Both the position numbers and the translations under genes were made by a program. A DNA stretch of 63,889 nt, counting the filler, from Vannella sp. (lineage: Eukaryota): NCBI GenBank assembly GCA_023345925.1. It is 6 parts of 6 records of this genome, joined end to end, with 100 filler letters (N's around TTAATTAATTAA, not from the genome) between each part and the next. Parts side by side here need not be neighbours in the genome. Positions count along the whole stretch, not along the records: positions 20,753 to 29,272 come from JAJQQN010000538.1; positions 29,373 to 45,956 come from JAJQQN010000801.1; 4 more parts are not named here. One strand, given 5' to 3'. A model generated the notes under the pieces. That model saw nothing but the letters and a program-made list of their open reading frames with translations. It did not search any database and had not been told where the DNA came from. Of this stretch, positions 24,215 through 34,079 are shown in pieces (within the stretch, counting starts at the first letter, position 1; each line of letters starts with the position of its first letter).

Positions 24215-24292
24215 CCTTGGCTCGTTTCTCTTCTCACCCAAAAAACCTGTCTTCGGTTGAAGTCCTCATCTGGGTTTGATTTGATCATTACT

Positions 24293-24877
24293 ATGACAGG
24301 ATCACCGGGTGGGACGGAACCGGAACGGGATGCTCCTTTTGAGGGGTTGTGGTGCGGCTCAGAAGGAGAACTACCTCCTGTAGGTAAACGAGAGAAAAAG
24401 TGGAGGAAGGTGGGAGCGCTGGTGTGGCTGCTGGCGGAGCTGGTGGTGGTGTTCGTCTTCGTAAACGCGGTGAACTGGACCTTTCACAACAAGTACTGTA
24501 ACTTCTTACTTGTTTGTGGTTGCACATGGAACTGGGCAGGAAGCTGGGACCAGTGCAACATCCACGACCCTGATCCCGCTGTTCCCAAGTGTCCTTGGTG
24601 CGCTTCATCAGGATGGAGCATCTACTTGACCGAGTACGCGGTTATGCTGAGCATGGCCATCACATACTATCTCATAGCCTACTGGAGAGTATGGCTCAGT
24701 CTCTTCAGATGCGCATCTCCCCTTTCACAAGTGTCTGGATGCGGCCCACACCTCCCCTCCGTGGGTAACTTGATCGCGCGAGTGGTTGGACCCTTTGCTG
24801 CGTTTGGTATCTCAGGCTTTGTTGTAGGATTGGCATTCTACCTCGCAACCGACTATCCCTACTTTATCTTCTCATAA
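24293..24877 (+). CDS. Cys/Trp-rich membrane protein of unknown function (about 3 TM helices)
   Basis: Hydrophobic helices flank the motif FHNKYCNFLLVCGCTWNWAGSWDQCNIHDPDPAVPKCPWC; intronless. Confidence 0.75.
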   Translation: MTGSPGGTEPERDAPFEGLWCGSEGELPPVGKREKKWRKVGALVWLLAELVVVFVFVNAVNWTFHNKYCNFLLVCGCTWNWAGSWDQCNIHDPDPAVPKCPWCASSGWSIYLTEYAVMLSMAITYYLIAYWRVWLSLFRCASPLSQVSGCGPHLPSVGNLIARVVGPFAAFGISGFVVGLAFYLATDYPYFIFS

Positions 24878-25005
24878 ATACTCCCGTCTGCGGTTCTCGC
24901 ACTCTTGGGCACTCTGATGACAGCCTTAAGGCAAAAGGAAGCTTCCATAAGCCATACCAAAAGCATCGTGAATGGCTTGAATGTATTGGAGCTGAAAACG
25001 GCTCT

Positions 25006-25077
25006 GCTTTGGATGACCCTCCAAAAGTGCATTCTCGAAGAGAGTTGGATGCACACTCGTCATTGGGTCTGGGAAGC
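25006..25077 (-). promoter_or_regulatory. Candidate eukaryotic SECIS element (type II) in the 3'UTR of the ArsS-like gene
   Basis: mRNA sense GACC-CA-AUGAC-GAGUGUGCAU-CC-AA-C-UCUC-UUC-GAGA-AUGCACUUUU-GGAG-GGUC gives an AUGA/GA core, a 10-bp helix II, AA 12 nt above the core, an apical mini-stem and helix I. Confidence 0.75.
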
Positions 25078-25098
25078 TCTACTTACTCCATTATGAAC

Positions 25099-25125
25099 GC
25101 ACTGGAAGTCTTAAACTTCCAGTGC
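25099..25125 (-). promoter_or_regulatory. Stem-loop 6 nt downstream of the in-frame UGA (Sec-redefinition-element-like)
   Basis: GCACUGGAAGU-UUAAG-ACUUCCAGUGC: perfect 11-bp stem with a 5-nt loop that contains the true UAA stop. Confidence 0.65.
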
Positions 25126-26214
25126 ACCTTTTCAGGATGACCCACTGCCAGCTGTACAACCAAAACAGTGTTTTCCAAACCGAATAGGCTCGGAGAGAAG
25201 TCTGTCAAACGAAGTTATCTCGAAAATGGAGAGCCCATGGGACTCTTTGACAGCCCCTGCTGGAATCTCAAGTGCTGAGTTAAAGTCGCAGTCGCTTATC
25301 ATCCCATTGTAATCCACATGGACTGTGCTTCGACACATCAAATCTTCCATGTTCCTGGGGTTGAAGGACTCTCTCAGTAGATCCATATACTCTTGCAACT
25401 GATTGGAAGAGCGGAGGTCATCGACGAACCGCTTAATCGGCATATTCGTGATGGTAAAGAGACTATTGAATTCGATGCCAAAGGAGCGAGATAACTCCTC
25501 TTTGTACCTCTTTTCCAACTGCTGCTGGTTTGGAGGAAGGAACGGACCACCAGGATTGTAAACCAAGTCTAAAAGGAGTCCGCTGCCTTCTCTTCCGTAC
25601 CCTTTTCGGTTCAACTTTTGTATGGCAGAGATGCTTTGGTCAAAGGTACGGTCGCCTCTCTGCTTATCAACGTTTTCAGGAGAGTAGCAAGGCATGGAAG
25701 CTGCAACGCACACTTGGTTCTCGGCCAGAAAGGAGGGAATCCAATCGTAGCCCGGTTGCTCGATGATTGTGAGGTTACAGCGGTCAATCACCTGCTTTCC
25801 TAGTCTTCTAGCTTCTTTTACTAGATAGGAGAACTGGCTGTGCATCTCTGGGGCACCACCAGTGATGTCTAGTGTCTGTATGGAAGGTGTTGCTTCGATC
25901 AAGCTGACAATTCTTCGTGCTTGCAGCTCTCCGAGAGTCTCTTGCCGTGTAGGAGTAGACTCAACATGACAGTGAGAGCAAGACATGTTACATGTAAGCC
26001 CAATGTTGACCTGCAAAGTCGTTACAGCCTTCCTTAACCGATCTGAAGGAGCGATTCCACGTTCAGACAGAACAGACTCGAAGCTGGGTATTGCTTCTTC
26101 CATCTCAAGTGATCGCTTCAACCTCCTCCTCTCCTTCCTTGCTGCTATTGCTGCTCCAGAAAACCGACCAGAAGCAGCCTCTTGACAAAGACCTCGTCTC
26201 GAAACCCCTCTCAT
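25111..26214 (-). CDS. arsS: ArsS-type radical-SAM selenoprotein (arsenosugar biosynthesis family), Sec361 of 367 aa
   Basis: TLQVNIGLTCNMSCSHCHVES (CxxxCxxC), LDITGGAPEMH, VIDRCNLT, ASMPCY..NVDKQRG, LDLVYNPGG, TITNMPIKRF, LMCR, DCDFN, and C-terminus HCFGCTAGSGSS-TGA-KGALEV-TAA. The TGA (25132-25134) aligns with the Cys/Sec of the family GSSC/UGGAL motif. Confidence 0.9.
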
Positions 26215-26309
26215 AAGAATGAAAGAAAAAATTGAATAAAAAGTGATTCTTCATTTTTTAGTGATTTGTGTAAGGATTCGTCATTTCCCCGTCCCCTTGG
26301 TTTGGAGAC

Positions 26310-26917
26310 ATGACAAAGCCCTCATCTTCGATGCTTCGCTTGATGAGCGACTTGCAGAGCATCCAGAGCGATCCTCCAGAGGTATTGGATGGTCTTTTGG
26401 TGGTGCATGAGGTCTGACTGTGGAAAGGGAGCAAGTGCGAGCCCAGCAACTGATGGCAACCTCTATGTTTGGAATGCGACCATCATTGGCCCAGATGCGT
26501 CTCCCTGGGAAGGAGGCATCTTTCCCCTTGTAATGACCTTTCCAAAGACGTATCCTGACGCACCCCCGAAGATCCAGTTCCATCCAACCATCTATCACCC
26601 CAATGGTACGGCGGAAGGCACCAAGCAAAGTCTGACTTAGTTCCTTTAGTATACGGTGATGGCTCTCTGTGCTTAGACATCATCCAAGACAAGTGGTCCC
26701 CGGTCTACTCGGTTTCAACAATCTTGACTTCCATTCAAGTACGTACTCTTCCGTATACTATCTAACTACTACTGATACTCTATAGTCTCTCCTTACAGAC
26801 CCAAATCCGGCTAGTCCTGCCAACCCTGAGGCTGCCAGGACCCTCACCTCTGATCCCAAAGCTTACAAGAGGAAAGTCCGCCAATGTGTTGAGCGTTCCA
26901 TTGAAGCAGCCTTTTAA
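26310..26917 (+). CDS. Ubiquitin-conjugating enzyme E2, Rad6/UBC2 type, 3 introns
   Basis: Spliced product LRLMSDL...[18 protein letters not shown]...[47 protein letters not shown]. Confidence 0.92.
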
Positions 26918-27110
26918 CCATTTATCACCAAACATTTGTACATTAAAAGCGTCCAAATCCCCGTTGGTCTTGAGTGAAAGTGTACGAAGGCGATAATGAG
27001 GCAATGCAATTCCTGTTTTTTTCCGTCTCTCACGAAGGACACGTCATTGAGCAGTGATCGCGGGAAATCCGCAGGGGAACCAACAATGATGTTCATTACT
27101 TACTAGACCA

Positions 27111-27539
27111 ATGGCTTTGGCATTCCCCGAACTCGGCAAACACTGCTCACACAAGAACTGCCACACTTTGGACTTCCTTCCCTTCAAATGCGCAGGCTGT
27201 TCTTCTTTCTTCTGCTTGGAACATAGAACCTGTGAGAGCCACTCTTGTCCATCTTTGTCAATACAAGTGCCCAGCTCGTCTGTACAATGTCCTATCTGCA
27301 ACCAACATCTTCCACTGGAGAAAGGGCAATCTCTCGACGAGCTTGTGGGTGCTCACATAAGTCGTGGCTGTCCTCCTCCCACTCAAAAGGTCTCCACCCA
27401 AGTCCCAACAGGCCGCTGTAACACTTGTCGGAAGAAAGAGCTTCTTCCCTACCGATGCACTCGCTGCCATAAGGAGCACTGCGGTAAACACCGCCACGTT
27501 GATCTACACGCTTGCCGCCCCACAGGGCGAGCTCAATGA
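27111..27539 (+). CDS. AN1-type zinc finger protein (ZFAND2/AIRAP/Cuz1-like)
   Basis: FPELGKHCSHKNCHTLDFLPFKCAGCSSFFCLEHR (AN1), CPIC..HISRGC, and a second AN1 finger CNTC..CTRCHKEHCGKHRH. Confidence 0.88.
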   Translation: MALAFPELGKHCSHKNCHTLDFLPFKCAGCSSFFCLEHRTCESHSCPSLSIQVPSSSVQCPICNQHLPLEKGQSLDELVGAHISRGCPPPTQKVSTQVPTGRCNTCRKKELLPYRCTRCHKEHCGKHRHVDLHACRPTGRAQ

Positions 27540-27668
27540 ATCATATCACCCACCTCACCTCACCATGTGTCCCTCCCTTTCGTTTCAAGAAGGGAATCGC
27601 GAAAGGGTTGAACAGGATCTTGTTCGTCTGCTTTCAGTGAAGAGGGTTGAGCAAGTTGGAGTTCTTTT

Positions 27669-29272
27669 CTAAGGTGAGATGGGATATGAAGGAATGGATG
27701 GGAGTGGATGGAAGAAAGAGGGAAGGAGTGACTGTCTTACCGATGGGAGAAGGGAAGTTTGGATCAATTGTCTCGCCAAGGTGCGCCAATTGCTGGACAG
27801 TCCGAGTGAGTTTTTTGAGGAAACGTTTTCCCTCTCTTTCTTTAGAAGCCATTCCACAGCCACATGGAAGGAATCAGCGAAAACTTGACGCATTCGGAGG
27901 AATGAAATCAATTCAATCACAAAGGCAGTGGCTAACATCGATGCTGCGGATTTTGCGAAGGACTTTCCCATTGTGTGATGGTTCACTTTGTCTAATTCAC
28001 TCTGCAGATGACCAACACTCCATCCCAGAAGCACTTCTAGTTCGGCAGAAAGTTCCCAATAACCAGTGCTCCTCTGAAGTTGAGTGATTCTTGGTGCGTT
28101 CACGGTGAGTAAGATCTGGGCATTCCTAAAGATTTCATCTGCTGAAAGAGGGCTTTTGGGGGAAGGATTGGAAAGTAGCTTTCCGCTCTCTGATGAGACA
28201 AAACTCAGATTTCTGACACCCCTTGTGTCTGTATCTCCTGAAAGAGAAGGCTTTGAGTAAAAATCAAGAGAGACATAATTCAATTCCATTATTCCATCAC
28301 TTTGGCTTGATTCTCCACTCTGTACTGCCAAAGATACATCATTTCTTCTTGCCTCTCTCAATTTCACTGAGGGGGTTTGAGCAACTACTGAAGCTGAACC
28401 TCCGGTAGACTTTCCTGCAGTATCTTTGCAACGCCCCCTGTTCGGCCGATTTTTGCTTTTTTGGGTCAATCCCGCCTTTCCTGTGGATACATTCTCAGCC
28501 TCAATCTTTGGTCTCTCATTGTCTGATTGAGCCAAGCATTCAAAAGGCTCATTCAAATGCATTTCTCCATCATCAATCTCCTTTCCAGCCACCCTTTTGA
28601 ATTGGCTTTCCGCCAAGTTCAAATCAATCCGCTGGAAAACGAAGTCCTCGTTATTGGCAGCATTTCCTGAGAATGAGTCCGGAGGCTTTCCTTCAAAGTT
28701 GATGAATCCGATTTCCCTTTTACGATCTCCATGGAGATCGAACCCGGACAGGGAAGTGTGAAGCATTGACTCGACAATGGGAGTCTCCACGAAGTTTGCA
28801 GGTGCCCAACCAATTACAGTTAATGGCTCAGTTGGAGCCAGCGCGTAGTCTTGGCTCTGTCCTTGAATAGGATCGATTATTCGGAAAGGGAGATCCCTTT
28901 GTTCTTGGCTATCCTCCTCTATCACTCCGCTTCCCCAGGCGAGATAAGAAAGGAGGTCTGCTTTCTCTGATTCTATCAGATCTTTGACAGAGGGAGGATC
29001 AGCTCCCTTTCCCTCCTTTTCTGTTCCTCTCTGTTCCACAGCCAAGAAAGATGTCAATGAGCAGACCACATTGTACTGGCAGCTCAAAGCAATCATTTCC
29101 TCTCTCTTGGAGGCCTTGATTGCTGCGTTCTGCAATGCATCATTGGAATACGCTCCCTCCTCATAGTCTCTTAAGAGTGCCCGGACAGAGAGTTTGTGGA
29201 TCATGTCGTGAGGATGAGTCTCCGCCCCTGCTGTGTGCGAGGCTACTCGAGTGTTGATGAGCTCTCCATCCG
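27669..29272 (-). CDS. C-terminal part of a VIT/vWA protein (VWA5A/PARP4-like), 5' truncated
   Basis: IHKLSVRALLRDYEEG, MIALSCQYNVVCSLTSFLAVEQR, QLQRSTGYWELSAEL and MLATAFV motifs. A terminal intron is possible, so the 3' end is uncertain. Confidence 0.7.
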
Positions 29273-29372
29273 NNNNNNNNNNNNNNNNNNNNNNNNNNNN
29301 NNNNNNNNNNNNNNNNTTAATTAATTAANNNNNNNNNNNNNNNNNNNNNNNNNNNNNNNNNNNNNNNNNNNN
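29273..29372. other. Artificial contig-joining spacer
   Basis: N44-TTAATTAATTAA-N44. Confidence 0.98.
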
Positions 29373-29526
29373 AAGATGGAGGTCATCAGGACACTCTACA
29401 CAAACACGAGTTTTGGAACCCTCTTCCCCTTCGCTCGTGGATTTTCTCATTTCACTCGATCTCGTTCTTGGAATGCCGATCGCGCAAAGTGACCGATTTC
29501 CTGCTCACTTCAGACAAACTAAAGTT

Positions 29527-29889
29527 TCAGGAACTCGCCCAAGAGAGATCTTCTTTGCGTGCCCACACCCAAAGGCCGGTGTCGATGGCGGCACTGTGAG
29601 TGTTGCCAGAAGCCATCAAAGCGACACAGGGAAGATCTGGGATCCTGTGGAAGGTGTAGGAAGACTGGGAGCACCCACCAGCCTCCCACACACCGCCCTC
29701 TGCATCTAGAACGAGGGAGTGTTCGTATCCGCTGTCCGCCTGAACTGGCTGCGGGCCATTCCAAGGGATCTCTGCTGGTTGAAGTTGGTTACTAGTGTGA
29801 CCGAGACCGAGTTGGCCCTTGCCATTGCACCCAAAAGCGAAAAGGCCCCCTTTGAGGGAGAGGAGGAGCGTGTGGTAGCCGAAGGACAT
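29527..29889 (-). pseudogene. Truncated RCC1-repeat paralog
   Basis: Closely resembles the first ~120 aa of 30533-31588 (HTLLLSL.GGLFAFG.N..GQLGLGH, YEHSLVLDAEGGVWEAG), then has a deletion and a premature TGA. Confidence 0.75.
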
Positions 29890-30532
29890 CCCAACAAATG
29901 AATGAATGATGGCAATGGAACATGCAAATGACATCAGCAGCTCTTTGGAGGCGCCGGAAAGAGTGAAACTGAGTCAAACGAGCAGTTCCAACAGCAAGAA
30001 GGTCTCACTGGTCTTCTGTACTGGTTGTGGAGCTTTGGAAATCACTTCAGTCACCTTGTGAAGGAGAACCTCCAGCATCTCATGTCTAGTGCGGACCAAG
30101 GCACTCTGTTGCCAAGAGGGCCTTTTTGCAGGTTCGCGTAGCTCAGAAGCATATTCAATTGCCAGCTCTTGATGAACCAAGTAGCGGAGGTCAAAGAGAT
30201 CGGTACCGTTTGTCGGTAACTTGCATCAAGTACAAAAGGAAAGAGCAAAGCTATCAACGTGCCCACCGCTTCCCAGTCAGCCAGGAGGATAGGTCCTAGC
30301 ACGGAAACAGCAAAGTACAAGCCTCTGACGCGCACGCTGATGTTTAACTTGTAGAGCACTCGAGTAGGCCACAAAGAACTGGTGCCAGGGTCAGATATTG
30401 ATACATTGTATATTCGGACACATTGGGGAAGGGCATCCATGCCGCACCCCTTGATAGAAGTCATTACCTCCTGAATTTGGTTTGTGCAGGTAACAAGAGA
30501 TGTCCTCCGTTTACTGGTTATCGCCATGTGTA

Positions 30533-31588
30533 TCAAAGGAAGCGGGCACTCTTCTTTCTGCGGGTGAGAGAAAGAGGAAGAGCGGGCTGGAAAGGACAAA
30601 GCGTGGGAGTAGTTTCGAGTCTCTTGTGGTTCAGTCCGAGTTCTCCATTGTCGTTACACCCGAAGACCAGCAGACCGCCTTCCTGTGGGAACGCCAGAGA
30701 GTGGGCTCTTCCAGCTACCAGGGCGCTCATTCCTGTCAACGAAGGGACTAGGGCACATTGAAAAAGATCGGAAGTGATGCCCGTCCCCAATTGCCCTTCT
30801 AAACCATATCCCCAGGTCCAGACACCGCCGCTCTCATCCAGACACAGGGTGTGACCGCATCCGCAGGAGGCCGCAAGCATGGGAGGGATGTTCATGATTC
30901 GCTGAAACTTTGTGCCATCCCCAGGAGAGCGTCCCAGTTGACCAACAGAGTTCTCTCCAGCAGAAAAGACGCTTCCTTGCGAGTCAATGAGAATCACTCC
31001 GTCTTCGAGAGCAGCCAGGCACCGGAGAGGTCCTTCAGAGCACTCCAACACCTGGATTTGAGTAGGTTTGGGAGCTTTGTTGGTGTGGCCGAGGCTCAGT
31101 TGCCCAATTAAGTTGTCTCCCAACACCCAGAGGCCTTCTTCGGCCTCTGCCACGAAGAAGAGGAAGCCACAAGCGACTTTGGTAAGTGGAGGAATCTCCA
31201 TCACTCGTTGGGGAACAGAACACGCCCAAGGGACATCGGTATCGCTCGTCCACACCCAAAGGCCGCCTTCAGTGTCGATGGCAGCGCTGTGAGAGTAGCC
31301 AGCAGCCACCAAAGTGATCAATGGCAGCCCTAATACCCTCTGAAAGGTGAGAGAGGAAGAAGCAGACCGGGAGCGACCAGCCTCCCACACACCGCCCTCC
31401 GCATCAAGAACCAGGGAGTGCTCGTATCCCCAGTCTACCTGAACAAGCTGCGGACCATTCCAAGGGACCTCCACTGGATACCATTGGTCTTCCCTGTGAC
31501 CAAGACCAAGTTGGCCTTCGCAATTCCATCCAAAAGCGAAAAGGCCCCCTTCGAGGGAGAGGAGGAGCGTGTGACTGCCGAAAGGCAT
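30533..31588 (-). CDS. RCC1-repeat (beta-propeller) protein, intronless
   Basis: Repeated G.N..GQLG and ..G..HS/T units; basic C-terminus RRKKSAR. Confidence 0.88.
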   Translation of the reverse strand: MPFGSHTLLLSLEGGLFAFGWNCEGQLGLGHREDQWYPVEVPWNGPQLVQVDWGYEHSLVLDAEGGVWEAGRSRSASSSLTFQRVLGLPLITLVAAGYSHSAAIDTEGGLWVWTSDTDVPWACSVPQRVMEIPPLTKVACGFLFFVAEAEEGLWVLGDNLIGQLSLGHTNKAPKPTQIQVLECSEGPLRCLAALEDGVILIDSQGSVFSAGENSVGQLGRSPGDGTKFQRIMNIPPMLAASCGCGHTLCLDESGGVWTWGYGLEGQLGTGITSDLFQCALVPSLTGMSALVAGRAHSLAFPQEGGLLVFGCNDNGELGLNHKRLETTPTLCPFQPALPLSLTRRKKSARFL

Positions 31589-31610
31589 CCCAACAGATGA
31601 GCAAAAAAGA

Positions 31611-31737
31611 ATTATTTTTATTAAAATGATTAAAAGTGATTTTAAATGATTATTTTTTTGATTAAAATGATTATTTTTGATGAAAATGATTATTTTTGAT
31701 TAAAATGATTACTTTTGATGAAAATGATTATTTTTGG
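31611..31737. repeat. AT-rich ~19-bp tandem repeat (about 5-6 units)
   Basis: Unit AAAATGATTATTTTTGAT(T/G) repeated in an otherwise ~50% GC background. Confidence 0.85.
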
Positions 31738-31747
31738 ATCGTCTGAG

Positions 31748-32209
31748 ATGACGCAACGCCTCCGGGACCTGCAAAGGCAGCATACGGAGTTGGTGGACTT
31801 TTTTGACAACATCATGTTGCCAGATGCTCGGCTGACTTGCTCTGGAAACCGGGCTGCGTGTGCTCGACTGAAACGAAGTGTGTGAGGGAAGGGGGTGGTA
31901 ATGTTGCTCCATCGACTGACAGGGAGCTCGGTAGACTTTATCCAGTTGCGTAGAATGATTAGAGAGATCAAGTCGAAGGGTCCAGATGCTTCCAGTAAGT
32001 CCTCATGACGAGAAACAGCTCAAAGGACGTCCGCTCATGTCTTGGGGACTTCAGCTCTCCGCACCTCGATCACTTCACTCGGCCCTCGCACCAGGGAGAT
32101 AGATATCGAATCGAACTCTCCCCCTTCCAAGCGCTCCAAGCGCCAGTCCCTCTATGGACCCCCTTCGCCTGAAACAGACTCCGATGAGTACGTGGAAGAG
32201 GAATTGTGA
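31748..32209 (+). CDS. Possible small two-intron hypothetical protein (~118 aa)
   Basis: ATG at 31748; GT-AG introns at 31878-31922 (CTGAC branch) and 31995-32054 give one continuous frame ending DSDEYVEEEL*. Confidence 0.35.
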
Positions 32210-32519
32210 GCTCAACAAGCTATTCCCATCACCAATGTTGTCATTTGTGCCAAGAGAGGCGCCCAGAGACACTTCTGAAGAGATTGAAGGGACACACTCG
32301 GTACTAGGCGACACACAGAGTGGCTCAGAGACCTCTGGGAGCTGTCCTTGTGGGGCAAAAGTAATGTCTGGTCTAGTTGATAACTCCCTGTACCTTCAGG
32401 AGCTCATTCAGGGTATCTGGGGGAGAGCAGAAGCGAATCCCTGCCTATTTCAGGCCAGGGAGTCCCATTGATCTATGTGACTGACTCTCCACTTGTGCTT
32501 TATTCAAATGAGAGGCCTG

Positions 32520-33994
32520 CTAGAACCAGAAGTTGAGGGAGAAGGAAGGGGAGAGGGAACGGACATAGTGCCACCACTGATGAGGGATGAAGAGCATGTC
32601 GTGAGGCCCAAGAACGCACTCAACATAAGGAGCAGTTGCAAAGTTGGGGTAAGACACCAGATTGGGCTGCTCCACGTCCACTGGGCTGATGTTATTCTGC
32701 TTGGCAAGATCGTTTGCCTCTGCAGTTTCACTTTGCAAGGGATAAAGAGCATCTGAATGCTCTGGACTATACAAACGCACATATTTGTACCCAAACACTT
32801 GGGTCAGGAAGTTATCGTAGCTGTCAAAGTGGAGAGAAGTCACAGTGCCACTGGTACCGAACCAGGCATTCATCTTAACATGCTCCATATGACCTGGTCC
32901 CTCCCCAGATACTTGGCAATACGGAGGAATATCGAAATCCTCTTGCAATTGAGGCAACTGCTCGAAAAGGTGATGTTGTGCCAGATACCCAATCGACCCG
33001 TTCTCCATGGGAGTGCTCCCTTGGTCTTCCATGTGAAGGCACTTCTCAACATTGGGCTGGATGAAGCGATGAATGTACTCTTGAAGAGTCATAGTGGACT
33101 CCTTCCAGTTCCCGTCCGTCCCCAGCTTTGCCAAAGGATCCAATCGGCCAATCTCGATGGGCACCAAGCGGTGGCCGAAGCGCTTGCACCACATGGACAG
33201 ATCACGCCACCTATTGAACGCCTTCCAATGCGCATTCGACCTTCGAATGACGACGGGCTGCTGACCTTCGTAAAATTCTGTGCGGAACCGTTCTATACTC
33301 AAAGGGGCTCCTTCTTCTTGTGAGAGGACGCGAATGGGATACTTGATAGTGACTGAACTTGTCACTGTGTCAGGGAAGACAAGCGGTACCTTCTCGTGAG
33401 ACAGACTGCATTGCATTCCTTCGCTTCGGAGCCGGCTTTCGTTCATGTCTCTAATCTTCTCTGAGAGAGGGCTAAGAAGGTGGGCCAGGAGCTGGGAGGG
33501 AGCTTACCAAACTCCTGTTGAAGAGCAGCGGTGATCACTGCAGGTGCTCCCATGATTTGTGCTCGATCCACGCCCTGGATGTGACTGTCAAGCGATGCTA
33601 AGTCACATTCCCTCGGTTTGCGTTGAAGGAGAGCGACAGAGGCCAAGCTGGTGGCCAGTTGAGCGATCAAAAAAGCCTCTTTGCAGCAAACAACAGCACT
33701 CATTCCACCCAGGAGCTTCTCCCAAAGGAGAGAAGCCATGTCTGATGCATCTCTCTCAAGTGCAACAAAGTTCTGAGTGCAAAGGAGCCGGAACAGAGCC
33801 GAAACTCGATCAGCGAAGGGGGCGAGGGCCTCCTCAGCGCGCAGCTCCTTCCGCAGAAGAGTCTGGTGCTGTCCAACCATCTGTTGAATACATTGGTGCA
33901 ACTCCTGAACAATCTCAGGCATAACAGAGAGCTCCACACGGCTCTCCTCACCCACACCCTCGAAAGAGTCCCCAAACAGCTCCAAACCCTCCAT
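32520..33994 (-). CDS. JmjC-domain 2OG oxygenase, JMJD5/KDM8-like
   Basis: GHRLVPIEIG, GYLAQHHLFEQLP, NAWFGTSGTVTSLHFD (HxD), LFIPHQWWHYVRSLSPSFSLNFWF; intron near 33460-33506. Confidence 0.9.
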
Positions 33995-34079
33995 CCCACC
34001 AAAGAATGAGTGTCAAACAGCACCAGTAGTCACTACACGGACACTGGACATTGTATGAGGCTACAGGAGGAGGTTCTCG

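Noticed and set aside
29527..29529. TGA ending the short RCC1 copy as recoding
   Set aside because: Similarity to the intact paralog does not continue past the stop and the copy has a deletion, so it is a truncated pseudogene.
31611..31737. AT-rich repeat as a CRISPR array
   Set aside because: The units are directly adjacent without unique spacers, there are no cas genes, and the context is eukaryotic.
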